From contig JAYWIR010000009.1 in NCBI GenBank assembly GCA_036172245.1, forward strand, positions 1,364,001 to 1,428,000: 64,000 bases of DNA, in the 5' to 3' direction. A model generated the notes under the pieces. That model did no database searches and had not been told where the DNA came from. It saw nothing but the letters and a program-made list of their open reading frames with translations. Source of the stretch: Raillietiella orientalis. Lineage: Eukaryota. The translations under genes and the position numbers were made by a program. Shown piece after piece: positions 13,283 to 26,200 of this stretch; positions within the stretch are counted from its first letter, which is position 1, and the number at the start of each line of letters is the position of its first letter.

Positions 13283-14299
13283 GCCCTGTGTTCCTTTGGA
13301 AGAGGAAATCTTCGAGTCAACGAAAACAAACCTCACACACCCGTCGTTTCGGAAATGAAGACCAACTCGTGATTTTCGAGAGGCCGAACCATCAGCCGAG
13401 ATCTGATGCCATTATGAAGGCGGCCATTCGAACGCTCGGCCTGGGAGTCGCAGGGCAGCGAAATCAACTCAGGCGACGTCGGATCGGACCTCGGAGCGGT
13501 TTGTTTATTTACCGGAATCCAAACGAGAGAGATCTCAATCGCGAGCTGGGCTTGTGAAACCGGACGCGAAGAATGACCACGCCGGAAGCCAACTCGAAAA
13601 TTTTCGGATCTTTTCTTTCTTTTTTTTTTTTTTTTTTTTTTACTTTTCCCAAGCGAGAAATAATTTCCATTCACCGCCCTAGAAAGTCCAGAAAAGCAAA
13701 CGGGGACGACGTGCACAATGGAACAAAGCGTAAGGACAAGGGAAGAGTTGCGTGGGATGCTTGTGAGAATTCATCACGGTGAATCTCTTTTTTTTTTTTT
13801 TTTTGAGAGCGCTATACTTTCGTCTGCTAAATCCGTCCTTCCATGAGCAAAAGGCGCGGGAGTGACACCAATAAAGTCTTTTAGCAGACGAGTGCCGATT
13901 TTGATATAATTTCGAGAGAGTAACAAGTAAGCGGTGTGGGACGTCCGTAAGGGAGTCATCAGACTGTTCAAATGGAACACCCTAGCGGTGTTGCATATCC
14001 GGTAGGTCATTCTTGCTCTCCACTGGTCAGCTTCCGAAAACTGATTCTCGCCCTTTCGATACGACATGCTCCCTAACAGCTTTTTCCCTTGGATCGCTGC
14101 GCACATTTCCTTTACTCTTCGACGGAGCGATCGTTTGCAGCCTGCCACGGATGACTGCTGGACCCCTCCGACGACGGTACCTCTGCACGTGAAAAACGAG
14201 CTCTTTCGGTCTGAATGCCTTCCCGTCTGGCCACCAGGAATGCCGAAGACCCGGCACGCGGGAGCGTGAAACCAAATTTAATGGCTGGGGTCCCATGGT

Positions 14300-15560
14300 G
14301 CTTTGACAAAGGCTGCGTGAGCGGCGACACCGCGACTGGGATTCGGGCGCTGGATTTGGGTCATTCAGAGTTTCATCGGGGAATGGACCAGCCTCGGTCT
14401 CAACAAAGAGAAGTGGGGCCCTCTCATCTGCAGAGTGGGTGAACGGCGATTCGGCGAGCTTGCCCACTGAACAACGCTCCTTCCAAGCGAGGGAGTCCAG
14501 CGCGGCAGTTGATCTTGTCCCGCTTCCTCTTTCCACTCTCTCTCCCCCTTTTCGTTCAGCATGCGCCCCTTCGGCCGTCCAGGATTGACACTAGCAGAGC
14601 AACTTCCTCCTGTTCGCTTCCCGTTCGAGAAATTCCAAGACAAGAAAGAAGGACGGTGGTCTCGTCTGCATCGGCCAAGAAAGACACCGGAGCGGCCTTC
14701 GAAGAACTTTCTATCAGCGAGGCTGCGCGAATCCTTCGGAAGAAGCAAGGAAAATGGCTCTGACGAACTTCATCTGGAGCGGAACTCTTCTCCTACTGAA
14801 GAATGGGACCACGGGAGGTGATTCTCCCCACGTGATCGCGGTGCTTGCCGAGTGGATGGTCTTTGCTGTCCAGCCTGTCGTGCCCGCAGTGGGACACGGG
14901 CGGAAGCAGTTCCTTGGCCAGCTCCCAAGAGCCGAGAATTCCTAGGGTTCTTCCGCCCTCTGACAACGAGGTGCATTTGGTGTCAAGTACCATCCGGTTC
15001 TCGTGGAGCATCGCTTCCGAAATCTGGAGCTCCTTGCCCTCTGGGCAGTGTGGAAGAATCGCCAAAAGCCATGCATCTCCGTGGTCTTTGACGGTGAACT
15101 TTGTGCTCTTGAAAATTTTCGGAAGAATTTGGTCCAGCGGGGATTCTTGGACATCTGACGCGCACAAAGAGGAAGGAGATCGCCTCCAAACCCTTGAACG
15201 ATTCACTGCAAGCAGCTTGCAGTCATCTCTTCTAGAACAGAAACACTCGGAGCAGGAGAGGACCACGCCCCGCCTTAGGCAGCATCGAGCCTTGAGGTAT
15301 TTTCTGTTTAGCGGCGGTCACCTTCGGTAAGCAGGATATGGATTCATCAATGCAATGTGCCTTAAACTCCTGCCTGTGCGGGCACTTGTCTATCAGAGGC
15401 GATCGTCAGTGCTGAAGGTGCAAAGGATGGAAGAAGGTGCTGAGTCAGTTTCTCAACAGCAGCCAGACGGTGATCACGAAGAGGCACGACTGCCTGATGA
15501 CTCAGACCAAGAGGCTCATTTTGAAACGTTGGGTGCCACTAGCCATCAACCAGACTGCTG
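14300..15560 (-). mobile_element. Non-LTR (LINE) reverse transcriptase fossil
   Basis: FSTDDRL, VQESPLDQILPKIF (QGS.L.P.LF like), CMAFGDS (YADD like), ENRMVLDTKC, TLGI (YLG like) in RT order. Confidence 0.45.
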
Positions 15561-16267
15561 AAGAAACAGATTCGAGGCCGAAGACAGATCCACGGAGAAG
15601 GAAAGATGCCGGACGTTGCTTCCCTGTTCATGAGTTTATCCGTTAATGTTCTCCAACAAAGTCGGAACTTGGATGACAGAAGTTGAGCAAGCGCGCCGAA
15701 GACTGCATTCCCGCTTCTCTGGAGTGGTGCTCGCTACCTCAGGAACAGTTGCAGTGGGATCCTGAGAGTCCCGGAATCCGAGAAGGATGAAGTGCTGAGG
15801 GAACTCAAACTTCCCATGAATCCGGAGGAGTCCGTAAGAAAAGAAGTGATGTTCTCGAACATGCAATACTCCGGGGACATGCACCGGAGACCTCGGCTGG
15901 TCTACCGCTCTCATTGGAGGAACATTTGAAAACCACAGAAAGGGCCGTAGGCAGGTGACAGGAGAAGATGCTGAGAACTCTCCCCTTCATTTCATTTTTT
16001 TTTTTTTTTTTTTTTTTTTAAGACGAGCAGACATTTGATGAACTTCATCTATTTATGTCTCATGATGGAGATCGATCGTGGGCAGTGCAGCATAGAGGTA
16101 GAAAAAAGAAAAAAAAAAACTGAACATTAAGGAAGGTCAAATGAAAGTAAATGGAAACCGAGAGTTGACCAGTTCTCGACACCTGAGCGTTCTGGAAGGG
16201 ATGCTCCAGCTACATGGCTTGGAAGCGCTCTCAAAGATGGCCGCCTACACCACGCTGCCGACTTGCA

Positions 16268-16295
16268 TGTGTGTGTGTGTGTGTGTGTGTGTGTG
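16268..16295. repeat. (TG)14 microsatellite
   Basis: Direct reading. Confidence 0.95.
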
Positions 16296-17979
16296 GCGGG
16301 GGTGGAGAGTAGAACCAAATCCCGGAAGTCTCGTGCAATTGCAAAACGGATGCGAAGGAAGTCTGCCTCTCGATGTGACCTTCCTCTTCCCCATCCACGT
16401 GTTGCCGGGGTTATCAAACCTCACCAAGCTGGAAAGCAAGTAACGAGGAAGGGTAATGGATGAGCGCGAGCTGTCTCCGGGGACGTCAACTCGGTTCCGT
16501 TGGATTTCATGCCATTCGTTCCGTTCGGCGACGAAATCATGCGTTCATGATGCTCATTCATGGACCACTGGCGGATGACCGACGTTTGGCACAAAAGGCA
16601 ACCTCCGCGCTGCGCCTCTGCATCAAACCTGTCAATGATGTGGGCCGCGGGAAAAGCGGGCGCCGCCGGCTTGCGTTTGGGAGGACCGCGGTCGGGGCGA
16701 GAGAGATTTCGGCAGAGCTTCGTCCTTTCCGCCACGGCGCTCGCGCGGGGCGGGCGGCCGCCGTTGGGAGGAGGAACGACCCCGGGACTTCGTGGTTCCG
16801 TCGGCCTGGAGGAAGGAAGCGCGCGCTCGTCAGTCGGGCGGGGGAGGAGAAGGATCCTGGAGGGAGGGACTCTCTCCGCTCTTGCTGCCCCGTCGGTTCC
16901 CTCGCTCCCCTACCTGCCAGTAGGTCCGGCCAGGCAGGTTCCTAGGCGACGGTGCCGGCCCAGCGAGCACTGCGTTCCTCTGTTCCGCTTCGTCCACCCA
17001 CTGCACTGCTAACTGCCAGACAAAGATTGCTCTAAATAATCGCGTCCCTTCTAATTTATTTGCAGATATCGATTATTCCGCCGTTATTAGGCGGCGCTCA
17101 GGAGCTGTGCAAAATGTGTGTTTATTCGGATTAATTGCCGCGAGCGTTCACAAAAAAAAATACTTCCTGTTTCGGCGTTTTATTGCCGGCATAATAGAAT
17201 CCAGCAAAATGGATAGAAAGTATAATTTGGGAGATCACTCCGTCTCTGGCGCCGGTGAATGCGCGCTGCGCGCGCATGGATTCTGTTTGCAGCAAAACAG
17301 ATGTAGCGTGAAAAGACTGATTGCAGCTGTTTTTCTTCGAACAATTGCCTCGCGTTGTTTCTTGTGTGACTGACGTCCTCACTGAAATATAGCTGGGCCC
17401 GCCGCCATAATTTCTCAATTATTCCATATTTCTACCGGCCGAGTTGGAAACGCGTTGCCCGGGCAGTCGGCTCCGGAGACCGGTCGCTGCGCGCACTTCC
17501 GGCCCCGTTCTTTCGCCTCGGGGAAAATACGACGCGGAGCGCGCGCGTGCGCGGAAGACGCTGGCGCTGCCCCGGGCTCGGTTTGCAGGGGGTGTGCGTT
17601 TTTATTTATTTATTTATTTTGCCGTGGAGGGAACTCCTGCGCCCAACCCCGGGGACACTGGTCTGGGAAGCAACGGATGCGCTCGGAACACCTCTCCTTG
17701 CCGTTGGCTCTCCCTCCTCCCACACTTTCACTCGTGGAGCCGTGCAGAACCACGCGCGTAAACCGGCCCGTTCCGGAACTCATCCCCTGGAAAAAATAAA
17801 TAAATAAATAAATAAAGCAAAATGAAATGAAGGGGATGAAGAAGGCCATCGCCCTTCGGGGGCAAGCTCTCCCCAAACTTGGGGTGAAAGGGAGAGCTCC
17901 CCTTTTCCCGCGAGCTGGAAGGGACGTTCGCCAAACGCTGTCGCCTGCCGCTCAATAAATCTGACGGCATCGCAAGCTG

Positions 17980-19020
17980 ACCCGACAATGGCTCGGTGCT
18001 GACTGAGCTGCGTGACCTTGGGCGAGTACTCTTTTCCATGTGGCGATTTTCGGGATTCCCTCCCGGCCAAACAGGGGACTTCATCGTAAAGGTAAACAAA
18101 CATACCGATCACACCGAGCAAAAACAGAGAGTCCTTCCTTCTGAGTGAGGCTGGGTCCCGCTTCGTCGGCAGAAGCCCTGGAGGCGCTGACTGTCAGTTG
18201 GCAGACTGCCTGGAGGGTCCGCGAGGGGGGACGGAAAGAAACAACGAAAAGAAACGGCAAAGAAATGCCTCTGAGAGTTCGAGGGACACAGGAAGGGATC
18301 CCAGTAACCTCGGCATCGTGTCTAGGATGTCAGACAAGTCCCTCCTTATGCCCTTAAGTGCGGGCCACCTTGAGGTTCCCGATCTCAGTGGCGTCCTTGT
18401 TCCTCCGGCCTCTTCCAGCATGGCTTCTTACCGTGTCGCGTCAGACGCCGCCAGGGCGCCGCGCGTAAAGAGACTCCTCAGCATCCCTTCCGGGTCGTCC
18501 CCCGGGAGGCTCAGGGCCGTGGAGAAGCGTTCTGCGTGCGCTCCGGAGGGCAGCACGCTCGACCGGCAGGTCGCGGCAAGGTTGTTTCCCTTTCGCCGCA
18601 CCGGGAACTGCCCTTGGTCCGCTGGTGGGGATGCGCGTTGCGTGGGGTAAGCCAATGCAGCAGTCGCAACGCAGCGTCCTGCCACTTCAGGGAGAGCGCG
18701 GATCCGTCCGGAAACACCGCAGGAAAGGGGCACCCCCTGGATGGCACCTGAGACCTCTGCGAGTGACGCGCGCTCCAAGTGACAGCGGCTGCTTTCCACT
18801 CCTCGCTCATGGGGCTGCACTTGGGATAGGATGTGCCCTGCTCCACCGCCCCCAAGTGGCTCGGATGGGTCCCACGGTCGGTGGCGCCAAACATCTTCCC
18901 TGAACCTTCGGGAAAGGCCATTGCGGGGCTGAAGAGAGGGAAGGCGCCAGGCGAGGAAGGGCTACCCACAGAGTTCTTTCAGAGCTACGCCGTCCCCCTG
19001 GTGCTGAACCTCTTGTCGCT
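17980..19020 (+). mobile_element. L1/Tx1-like ORF2 fossil (endonuclease remnant to EN-RT linker)
   Basis: GDF, TAWR....ETT and PLSAGH remnants, then a clear KAIAGLKRGKAPGEEGLPTEFFQ (K.PG.DG...EF motif) at ~18915-18985. Confidence 0.6.
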
Positions 19021-19042
19021 GACGGGGTTCGAACCCGGTTAC

Positions 19043-21500
19043 GCCGGGACGTTCATTTAAAAAAATAAAAAATACACTACAAGCTAGAGTGGAAAAGAAT
19101 CCCTTCAAAAAACAAGAAATGCCTCCCTCCCTCCAAAAACAAGGAAAAGAAATTAATTCCGAGATAACCACCGGCAAGCAGGTTGGCTTCCAAAAAATAG
19201 GGAACGGAGGGAGGAGACACTAAATAAATAAAAGAAAAAAAGACGGGAGGATCGGGGCAGAGGGTCTTTGGTTAAAGACGTTCCTTTCTCTTCAAAAGCG
19301 GCTGTGGATGGTGGCAATCTCCCTGGTGGCTTCTTCTGGCAGACGAAGTTACCTTGCGGCATTCCTCATGAGGGCTGCTTCCATATCGGTGACCTCTCTT
19401 CGCCGCGAACCAGACTCCAGCACGTGGCGGGCTGTCACTATGGCGCGGTGCAACCGATTTTTGCGATCACAGAGCTCTTCTTCAGTCCGCTTTCTGTGGA
19501 GAATCGTCTCAGCAAGTCAGTTGCAGTGTCCTGCGGTTGACGGAGAGCAGAAGAGAGTCTCCGCCACAAGTCCTCGAGGGCACTGAGGTTCAACCTGGAA
19601 CACCTCGGGGAGGCAACTCCTCCGAAAGTCTGAGCTGATTGCACTGGGGATGCCCAGTGCAGAAATAGCAGAACATGCTAAAAATTTCCAGCGGAGCGGG
19701 AACACAGAGGTGTCCACGCAAAGGGAAGGGACCATGAATTCTTCAGGGGGAGGGCATACCAAGCAGATCGCTCCAACGAAGCAGTCCCTTTGTCCGGAAA
19801 CGGGGAGTGGAGCCATCCACTCGCTCGCTCGTCTTGCACCCTCGCTGACGAGGGAGGCGGGCCATGTCTCCCCCTTTCGCTCAGCGACGACCCTCCGTCA
19901 GCCGTCCGTCACGAGCTGCCCGAACCCGACTCCGCTGACGCTCCGCAGTTTCCCTTTGAAGTTTCCTTTGACGTGCATCCACATGGTCAGGAAGTGGCCT
20001 TCGTTGGCGTACTGGTCGTTCAGCTTGATGGTTGGCATCTTCAGATTCCAGGAGACGTTGCGGGTTGTGGGTTATCGGTTGGTACTTGATGTGAGTAGTC
20101 TTGGCCGTGGAGAAGCCGCGCAGGACGAGCGGCAGCAGGAGGACAGCTGAGACTTCCAGAGAGGACAGCGGAGACGTTGAAGATCCGGTTAGTTTCGTGG
20201 ACTCGGACTTCGTCCAGGGTGGAGGGGTCCGGGGAAGGAATGTCGTCCTCCTTGAACCCCTTCCTCAGGAACGGGGTGAGCCATCGACCAGCTTGCAAAG
20301 GCACGACTCCACCAGGTCGTGCTCCTGCAGGTGGCAGTGCTGCCGAGTCAGACTTGTCCAGGAAGTCTCGCCCAAGGCGAGCGGAATGGCCTCCAGGAGG
20401 AAGGGGAGGAAGGGAAAGGGAAGAAGGGTCCAGACTTTGCTCCCACCGCGAGCGAGCAGCATTTCCGAACGATCCTGGAAGGTCTTGTCTCTTCGCTGCT
20501 GTCTGACTGCTGCGCGCTGCTCCGCTTGCGCCACCGACGTGGGTCGGGAGACGCGTCCAAGACGGAGACATGCGCCTCCTCAGCAGCTGGCGTCCGGTCA
20601 CCCTGGTCAGTACGGGAGTCGAGCTGTTCCCAAAGCTGCGGGTCACGAGACTGGGACGGTCAGACCGGAGCTCCATGGATGCGAACCTCCTTTTCACGTG
20701 CACCTGGTTCCAGCTTCGGGAACGCTGAGGGCTGCACCAGCCTTCGGGGAGGGCACCAGGGACCACGCTCCAGTGGAGTGGCAGAGATGAGACTTCTCCG
20801 GGAGACTGGAAGAGTCTCCGTGGGCTGCCCTTTAGAGTCTGCGGGCGAGTACGGCTCAGGGGATCCAGAATGCAAAAGAAGGAGGGAGGGGGGAATCTTC
20901 GAGCTGTTCACGTGGGCGCTCCCTGCTTCCGGTTGGATCCTCCTGCGAATGGGTCCGTCTCCTTTCGAAACGAGAGGGTTCCACGCATCTCCTGAAACTG
21001 ATGAAACGTCATTTTGCCGGAAGGTAGGAAACAGGACTGGATCAGACTTGGGATCGAACCGAGAATACGCAGCGTGCCGGGGTATGAAAGGAGGTGCTCC
21101 TTCTGGGAACGGTGATACCGAAATGTTGAATGCCTAGGGAAGAGTTGGACCACCAAGGTGAGGAGGCACTGTTTTTTTCTCCTTCCTGGATGGGTGAACG
21201 GGAGGGGGTGGGGTCTAGCAAGCGTTCCGCGATGCATCCTCCCTCTCACGCACGCAGAATCGTCAAGGGGATCCCTTCTTTAGAGCGTGGAGCTCTGTGC
21301 CCTCCCTCGGAGGAACCCAGGACACCCTGCAGAGCTCCATGGCCAGCGGAATGGCGAGCTAATGTTCCACATCGGTCCACACCCAGCATCGTCTTCTTCC
21401 CCGTCGCAGTCGACTCACTCAACCTTGGTGCTCGGGTCTTCCGCTTGGTCTCGGGTTTCCTGACCTTCAAGAAAGCGAGGCAACACCTTCCCAAGAGGGT
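19043..21500 (-). mobile_element. L1/Tx1-like LINE fossil (RT, C-terminal Cys region, 3' UTR)
   Basis: KEGIPLTIL, VNSSK..GSPEPYSP, RDKTFQDRSEMLL...SKVWTL, PGGVVP, ICLVC..EE. T-rich 3' UTR; the 3' ~550 bp is repeated at 41557-42110. Confidence 0.65.
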
Positions 21501-22299
21501 TTTAGCCGGCTTGCACACCCAGGCCTCGCCCTCTCTAGTGCTGCCCTGGCGCCCCAACCAGCAGGACCGGTCTGATGGCTTTCTCCTCGTGCAGCCTCCA
21601 TGAATCCGTCGCCGGCTCCGCGTCAGCGGTAACCTCGTGTTTCTCCTTCCTGCAATACGATCCGTTTCCAAAGAAGCGAGATATGGCTGACTCTCCAGAG
21701 TGACAGCCGAAAAAGCAGAGAGGCGAAAAAAAAAAAAAAAAGGAAGGGGTCAACGGCTCTCCCGGTAGGGAACCACGCCAAATCGCCTAGGAGAAAGCAT
21801 CGTGGAAGAACCCAGGAGAGCTCGGGATATCTAGGCGCTGTTCTTTCGCCAGGGCGAGGCTCAAGAGAATAGGAACGGCTGGTCTGAGCCCGTCCAAATT
21901 TGCCGGTGGAGAATAGGAATACCAGGATCTCGAAGGCATGCGACCTTCGCCTACATCCGCGGGCGGCGGTTCCTTCGGCGTTCGGAGGCGCCCCCGATGC
22001 GCGCCCTCAAAGCGCGCGGGCCGAGCGATTTCTCCAGTCGGGGCGCGCCATGGATGTCAGCAGTCCACTCCACACCTTCCTGGAGCACGGGTGCAGGCTC
22101 CGCAGGACCAGGCGACCTGTCCGTCAGCTGCTGGGGCTGCTTGCACTCCTGCTGGCGTTCTTTCCGGAGCTGCCGCCGCCCGCAGTACCACGTGCTCTGG
22201 CGTGAAACTCCTGGGAGCAGTGGTCCCTTCCTGAAGACAGACTAGACTTCCGGCAATCTCCCGAACTCCAGGAGGATCAGCACCAGGAGCAGCACCTGT

Positions 22300-24220
22300 G
22301 TCCTCCGCGGCTGCACGAGTGTCAGCGGGATCGGAGACACGACCAGGGTGGGGAGTCTCCTCGGCACGAGCAGCATCTGCAGGACCAGCGATGAGAGCCT
22401 CACTGCCACCAGCGGGAGCACCAACCAGCAGCGGGAGCACGACCACTGGTGGCAGGAGCACCAGAGGCGGAAGTGTCAACAGAGTCAGCAGGAGTAGTGT
22501 TGGCAGGGACACTGGTCCTCATGTGCCGCGGCCGTCTCCTGCTAGTCCTCGCTCCAGGAGAGGTCTCGGTATCCCGGCCGCTCTTCCAGCGGTCGTCCCT
22601 GAGCTATCGACCGGGACCCACAGCAGCGTCGCATCTCTTCTGGACGGTTCTTCTCCCAATGCTTCCGGGTGCGGAGTCTCGGCGCGCAAAGGGGGACGAA
22701 GCGAAGGTTCCTTCCCTCCCTTCCTCCCGGCTTCCGACCACGACCACACGTGACCTTCATCGTCCAGTCGTACGCCGAATGGCGGCGAGCGCAGTTCTTG
22801 AGTTCCTTGTTTGTTGGCTTAGGAGGAAGACTTCAGGTGCCCTCAGGCCACTTGCGCACGTTTCTTAGGTTTGCTGATGGTCCAGCTGCGGAGACTGAGC
22901 GGAACTTCACTCCCCTCCTTCGCGTGACCCCATGCTCAGCGCGGAGACCGCGAAAGCTCCTGCAGGCACGAGATACTCGCTGCGCATGCTGCGCGAGCTC
23001 GCAACACGGCCCGGGGTCGTCGTCGCGCTGCCCCTGTCATCGGCGGCGGCGGCGGGTCACTCGGTCACTCGCCATGCGCTCCGCGATTATGCAGGGGTGC
23101 CAGAAGCGAGGGAGCTGTTTGTCCTGCACCACCAAGTGATCCGTCTCGAGAAGTCCTCGCGACGGAAAGGAGGCAAGGAGGATCAGAAGTTTCAGAAGAC
23201 ATGAATCCACGCGCCCTCCTCCCCTTGGAGGAGTGGGGAGGGGGGAAGGAGAGGCATGGCGACGCTTTCCAACGAGCCGAGATTCGGGGACCATTTCAGA
23301 GCGGGGCACCTTCGACGAGCACACCACGCTGATTGGTCGGAGTTCACGGTTTTGTCGCCGCCACGCGGGACTTGGAGGAACACTCACTGCGCCTGAACGA
23401 GCCACACAAAACCGGCGGCGCGTGTCACCGCGTGTGAAAGTCACGTGCGCGAGTGACCTGCGCCTGTGCTCGGATCTTCCACTTCTCCTTTGTTTCCGGA
23501 TGTGGCGGCGGTGGAGTTCCAGCAGCTGGAGGCTCTCCCCATGCGCGTCGGCGAAGGGTCGTCCGCGCTAGTCTCCGGCGAGTCAGGAGATGACGCCCTT
23601 CGCTGAGGCGGCCCGACCCCCGCCTTCGAAGCGGGATCACCTCCTCCCACCTCGCGGAATGCTGGGCTCCGTGCCCTCTTCTCATCCCTATCCCTTCCTT
23701 CCAGGAGCGGCCACCCCCCGTTCCAGCTGTTAACCAGCACGGCTCGCATCTGCCGCCAGCCTCTGGAGCGACTTCGCTTTTTTTTGCAGGAGGGACGCCC
23801 CAGAACCCTCCTCGGGACCCTCCTCAGACAATGCGCGCTTTCAGAGGCCGTGAATGCCCGACAACCCTTCCGCCGCTCCACGGTCCGCGCGGAGACAAGC
23901 ATCGCCAGGGCAACGATCCGTTCGATAATTGCGGAACCGCGCGGGCATGAAGAGGGGATGGGGGGGGGAGGCGAAGGGGGAGGGATAGGAACGGAGGAGG
24001 CTGCCACTTCACAGATCTTTCGGCCCGCTACACATCGCCCCTGGCTGAGAGCATTGGGAGGCGATCGTCAGGGAGATGCAGATGAGCGGCGAACGGGACT
24101 GCCCTCGGCCGGATCAGCTTCCAGCTGATCTGGCCGATCTCTGCGGCTGCCCGTGGTGACAGGACGTCAGGCGCCCGTCAGGCGCTCCCGAGCGCGCCTG
24201 ACGGGTCCGAGGGCAGCCCT
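22300..24220 (-). mobile_element. R2/NeSL-like (RLE-type) non-LTR retrotransposon fossil
   Basis: In order: SGAPDG, KWQP, IIERIVA..RKGC...E, AFREV, WGEP, QLPRFWH, VRKW..LP, RRCCGS, VVLPLLVGAPAG (RLE C-terminal like). Confidence 0.5.
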
Positions 24221-25329
24221 TGCGGAGCGCACGGGTCCTCCCCACCTCCCCTCCCGCACTCTGTGTCATCCCTCTTTGCTCCTCCTCCTCCTCTTCGTCG
24301 CCATGCGAGACCTCCGTGTCAACGGACTCTAAGGTTGCGGGGAACCTGCAATCCGTTCTACCCCCTTTTTCCGGTCCCCTTTTACCAGTCTCGGTGACAG
24401 GAAGATGCGAGCTGCCGGAAGATGGGGCACGTAGGGTGGGCGGGGACGCCAAGCTCCCGCCGTCGCTGGGGTAAACCGTGAGTGCTCCCTACCCTCTCCC
24501 TCTGTGTCGTGCCACGCCTCCTCTTTCCCGCCCCTTTTCCCCCATCTCTCCCGACTCTCCACGGATGATCGGGAAGGGAGGCTGCTGGAAAGGAGACGGA
24601 TTGATAAGGGATATCTAGAGGATCTGGAAAATGGGGGGGCAAGAAGGGGGAAGCCAGCCTGCCAGCCCCCTTTTGCCCAGAGACCGTTGGGGGGAGGGAG
24701 AATAGACCCCTGAAAGTCCGGCTGGTGGGTCGAGGGGGAAGGGCAGTGGGAGCTCTTAGAGGGCCAACTGCAGCAGCAGGACGAAGGAACGTGTGTTGGA
24801 GGGAGATCCCCACCCCATCCTCCCTTTAAGAGGACTTCACGGCAGCCAATCTTCCTCTGAGACATCCTCGGTAGGCTCTATGAGACGCGAATGTGGCGCC
24901 TCTGAAAGGTTCTGCGCGTTTCGGAAGCCCCTGCCTCCTCTCTGGGGAGGAGTAGGGAGGGAGGGACAGGGAACTCTTACGGAGCTGCGCGCCCTTTGCA
25001 GGGAAAGTGGCAGCGGGGAAAGGCGGAGTAATTCTCGAAGGAGGCCGCGTCTGAAAGATGCAAGGTGTCGCTGTCAGAAACGCCACCGACACGCTCCTAT
25101 TGCATTCCTGCTCGCGTGTCCGGAGAGACCGCCTCCAGACCAGAAGGAGGAGGAGGGAAAGGAGGAGGAGAAAGCGAGGAAGAAAGGGGAAGAAGGGAGG
25201 AGGAGGGTGTTGTCACGCAGCCCGCCTAAGACATCTCGGAATCCCTCCCTTTCCTCTCCGACCTTATCTGGTCCGCGATGCCGACCCAGACGAGACCGCC
25301 TTTCTGTCCAACTAATGCCAGCCCACGCT

Positions 25330-26200
25330 GACAAGGGACGACCTCCTGTGAGTCGGAAGGGTGGCTGGCTTCTCCCACTGGGAACCGGAGAGGGTTTCGG
25401 TAGGGACGCCCTCCGGCGAGGAAGACAGGCAGAGGAAAAGGAGGAGGCGTCCTTCGATGCAACTCCTCGCATCCGCCTGTCTGGTGACACCGGATAGCCC
25501 GTTGCGGGGAACAAGATGGATCTTCAGCGTAATTCCCCGCCGTCACTGCCGGGCAACGTTCGCTTTTCTCACTCGTCTCCGCCGATGCAAAGGAAGAGCA
25601 GGAAAGAGAGCAGAAGAGAAGACTTCTGACCGGCAGGAGAGGAGGCCAAGAGTTTCTCGAAGCACCTCGGGATGCCTTCCTGCTAAGGCTCATCCGGGAT
25701 GCAAACGAAAGCGAAAACGAAAGTGGGGGTTCCCTTTTGTGAAGTCGACGATGCGATATCTCGTGCAGAATCCCGTATCCACAACCACTTGGTGGCTCCC
25801 GTGGCAATATGAAGCCTTCTAAGGGATTTAGGAGAAGAAAAGAGCTCTCTTCTGGCTTGGTTTCCCTTTTTCAAAGTTTTGTTCCAAGAAAAAAGGCCAA
25901 TTGGCCGTAAGATCAAGGCTGCATGCTGCCATGGGAACCTGAAGATGCTGTTTTTCTCCCGAAGATGTCCGCTGCTGCTGGACAGAGGTGTCCAAGACCC
26001 CCCTTCCTCCGGGTCGAGGAATAAATGAAATTCCCCGGCGTCAGCAAGAGGTGTACATCTTTCCGTGGACCAAGGGAGGACGCTCTCCCATACACAATCT
26101 TCGGCGCAACGTGGAAGGAGCGGAAGGATGCGCGAAGCATTCTTCCTTCTTCATCCCGCTCAGATGCTCTCTTCTCCCAGCGAACAGGGTCATCCGCGCT
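25330..26200 (+). mobile_element. L1/Tx1-like RT fossil
   Basis: RGFR*GRPP (RG.RQGCPL like) at ~25389, MRYLV, RPIGRKIKA, KFPGVS....GPREDALP. Confidence 0.55.

Noticed and set aside
17980..21500. One LINE with an inverted 3' half
   Set aside because: The minus-strand piece seems to carry its own linker motif and the geometry does not fit twin priming; treated as two convergent fossils.
22057..22520. Repetitive Ala/Pro- or Gln/His-rich ORF as a host gene exon
   Set aside because: Stops in the best-looking frame, no clear splice context, and it overlaps the C-terminal end of the RLE-type LINE fossil.
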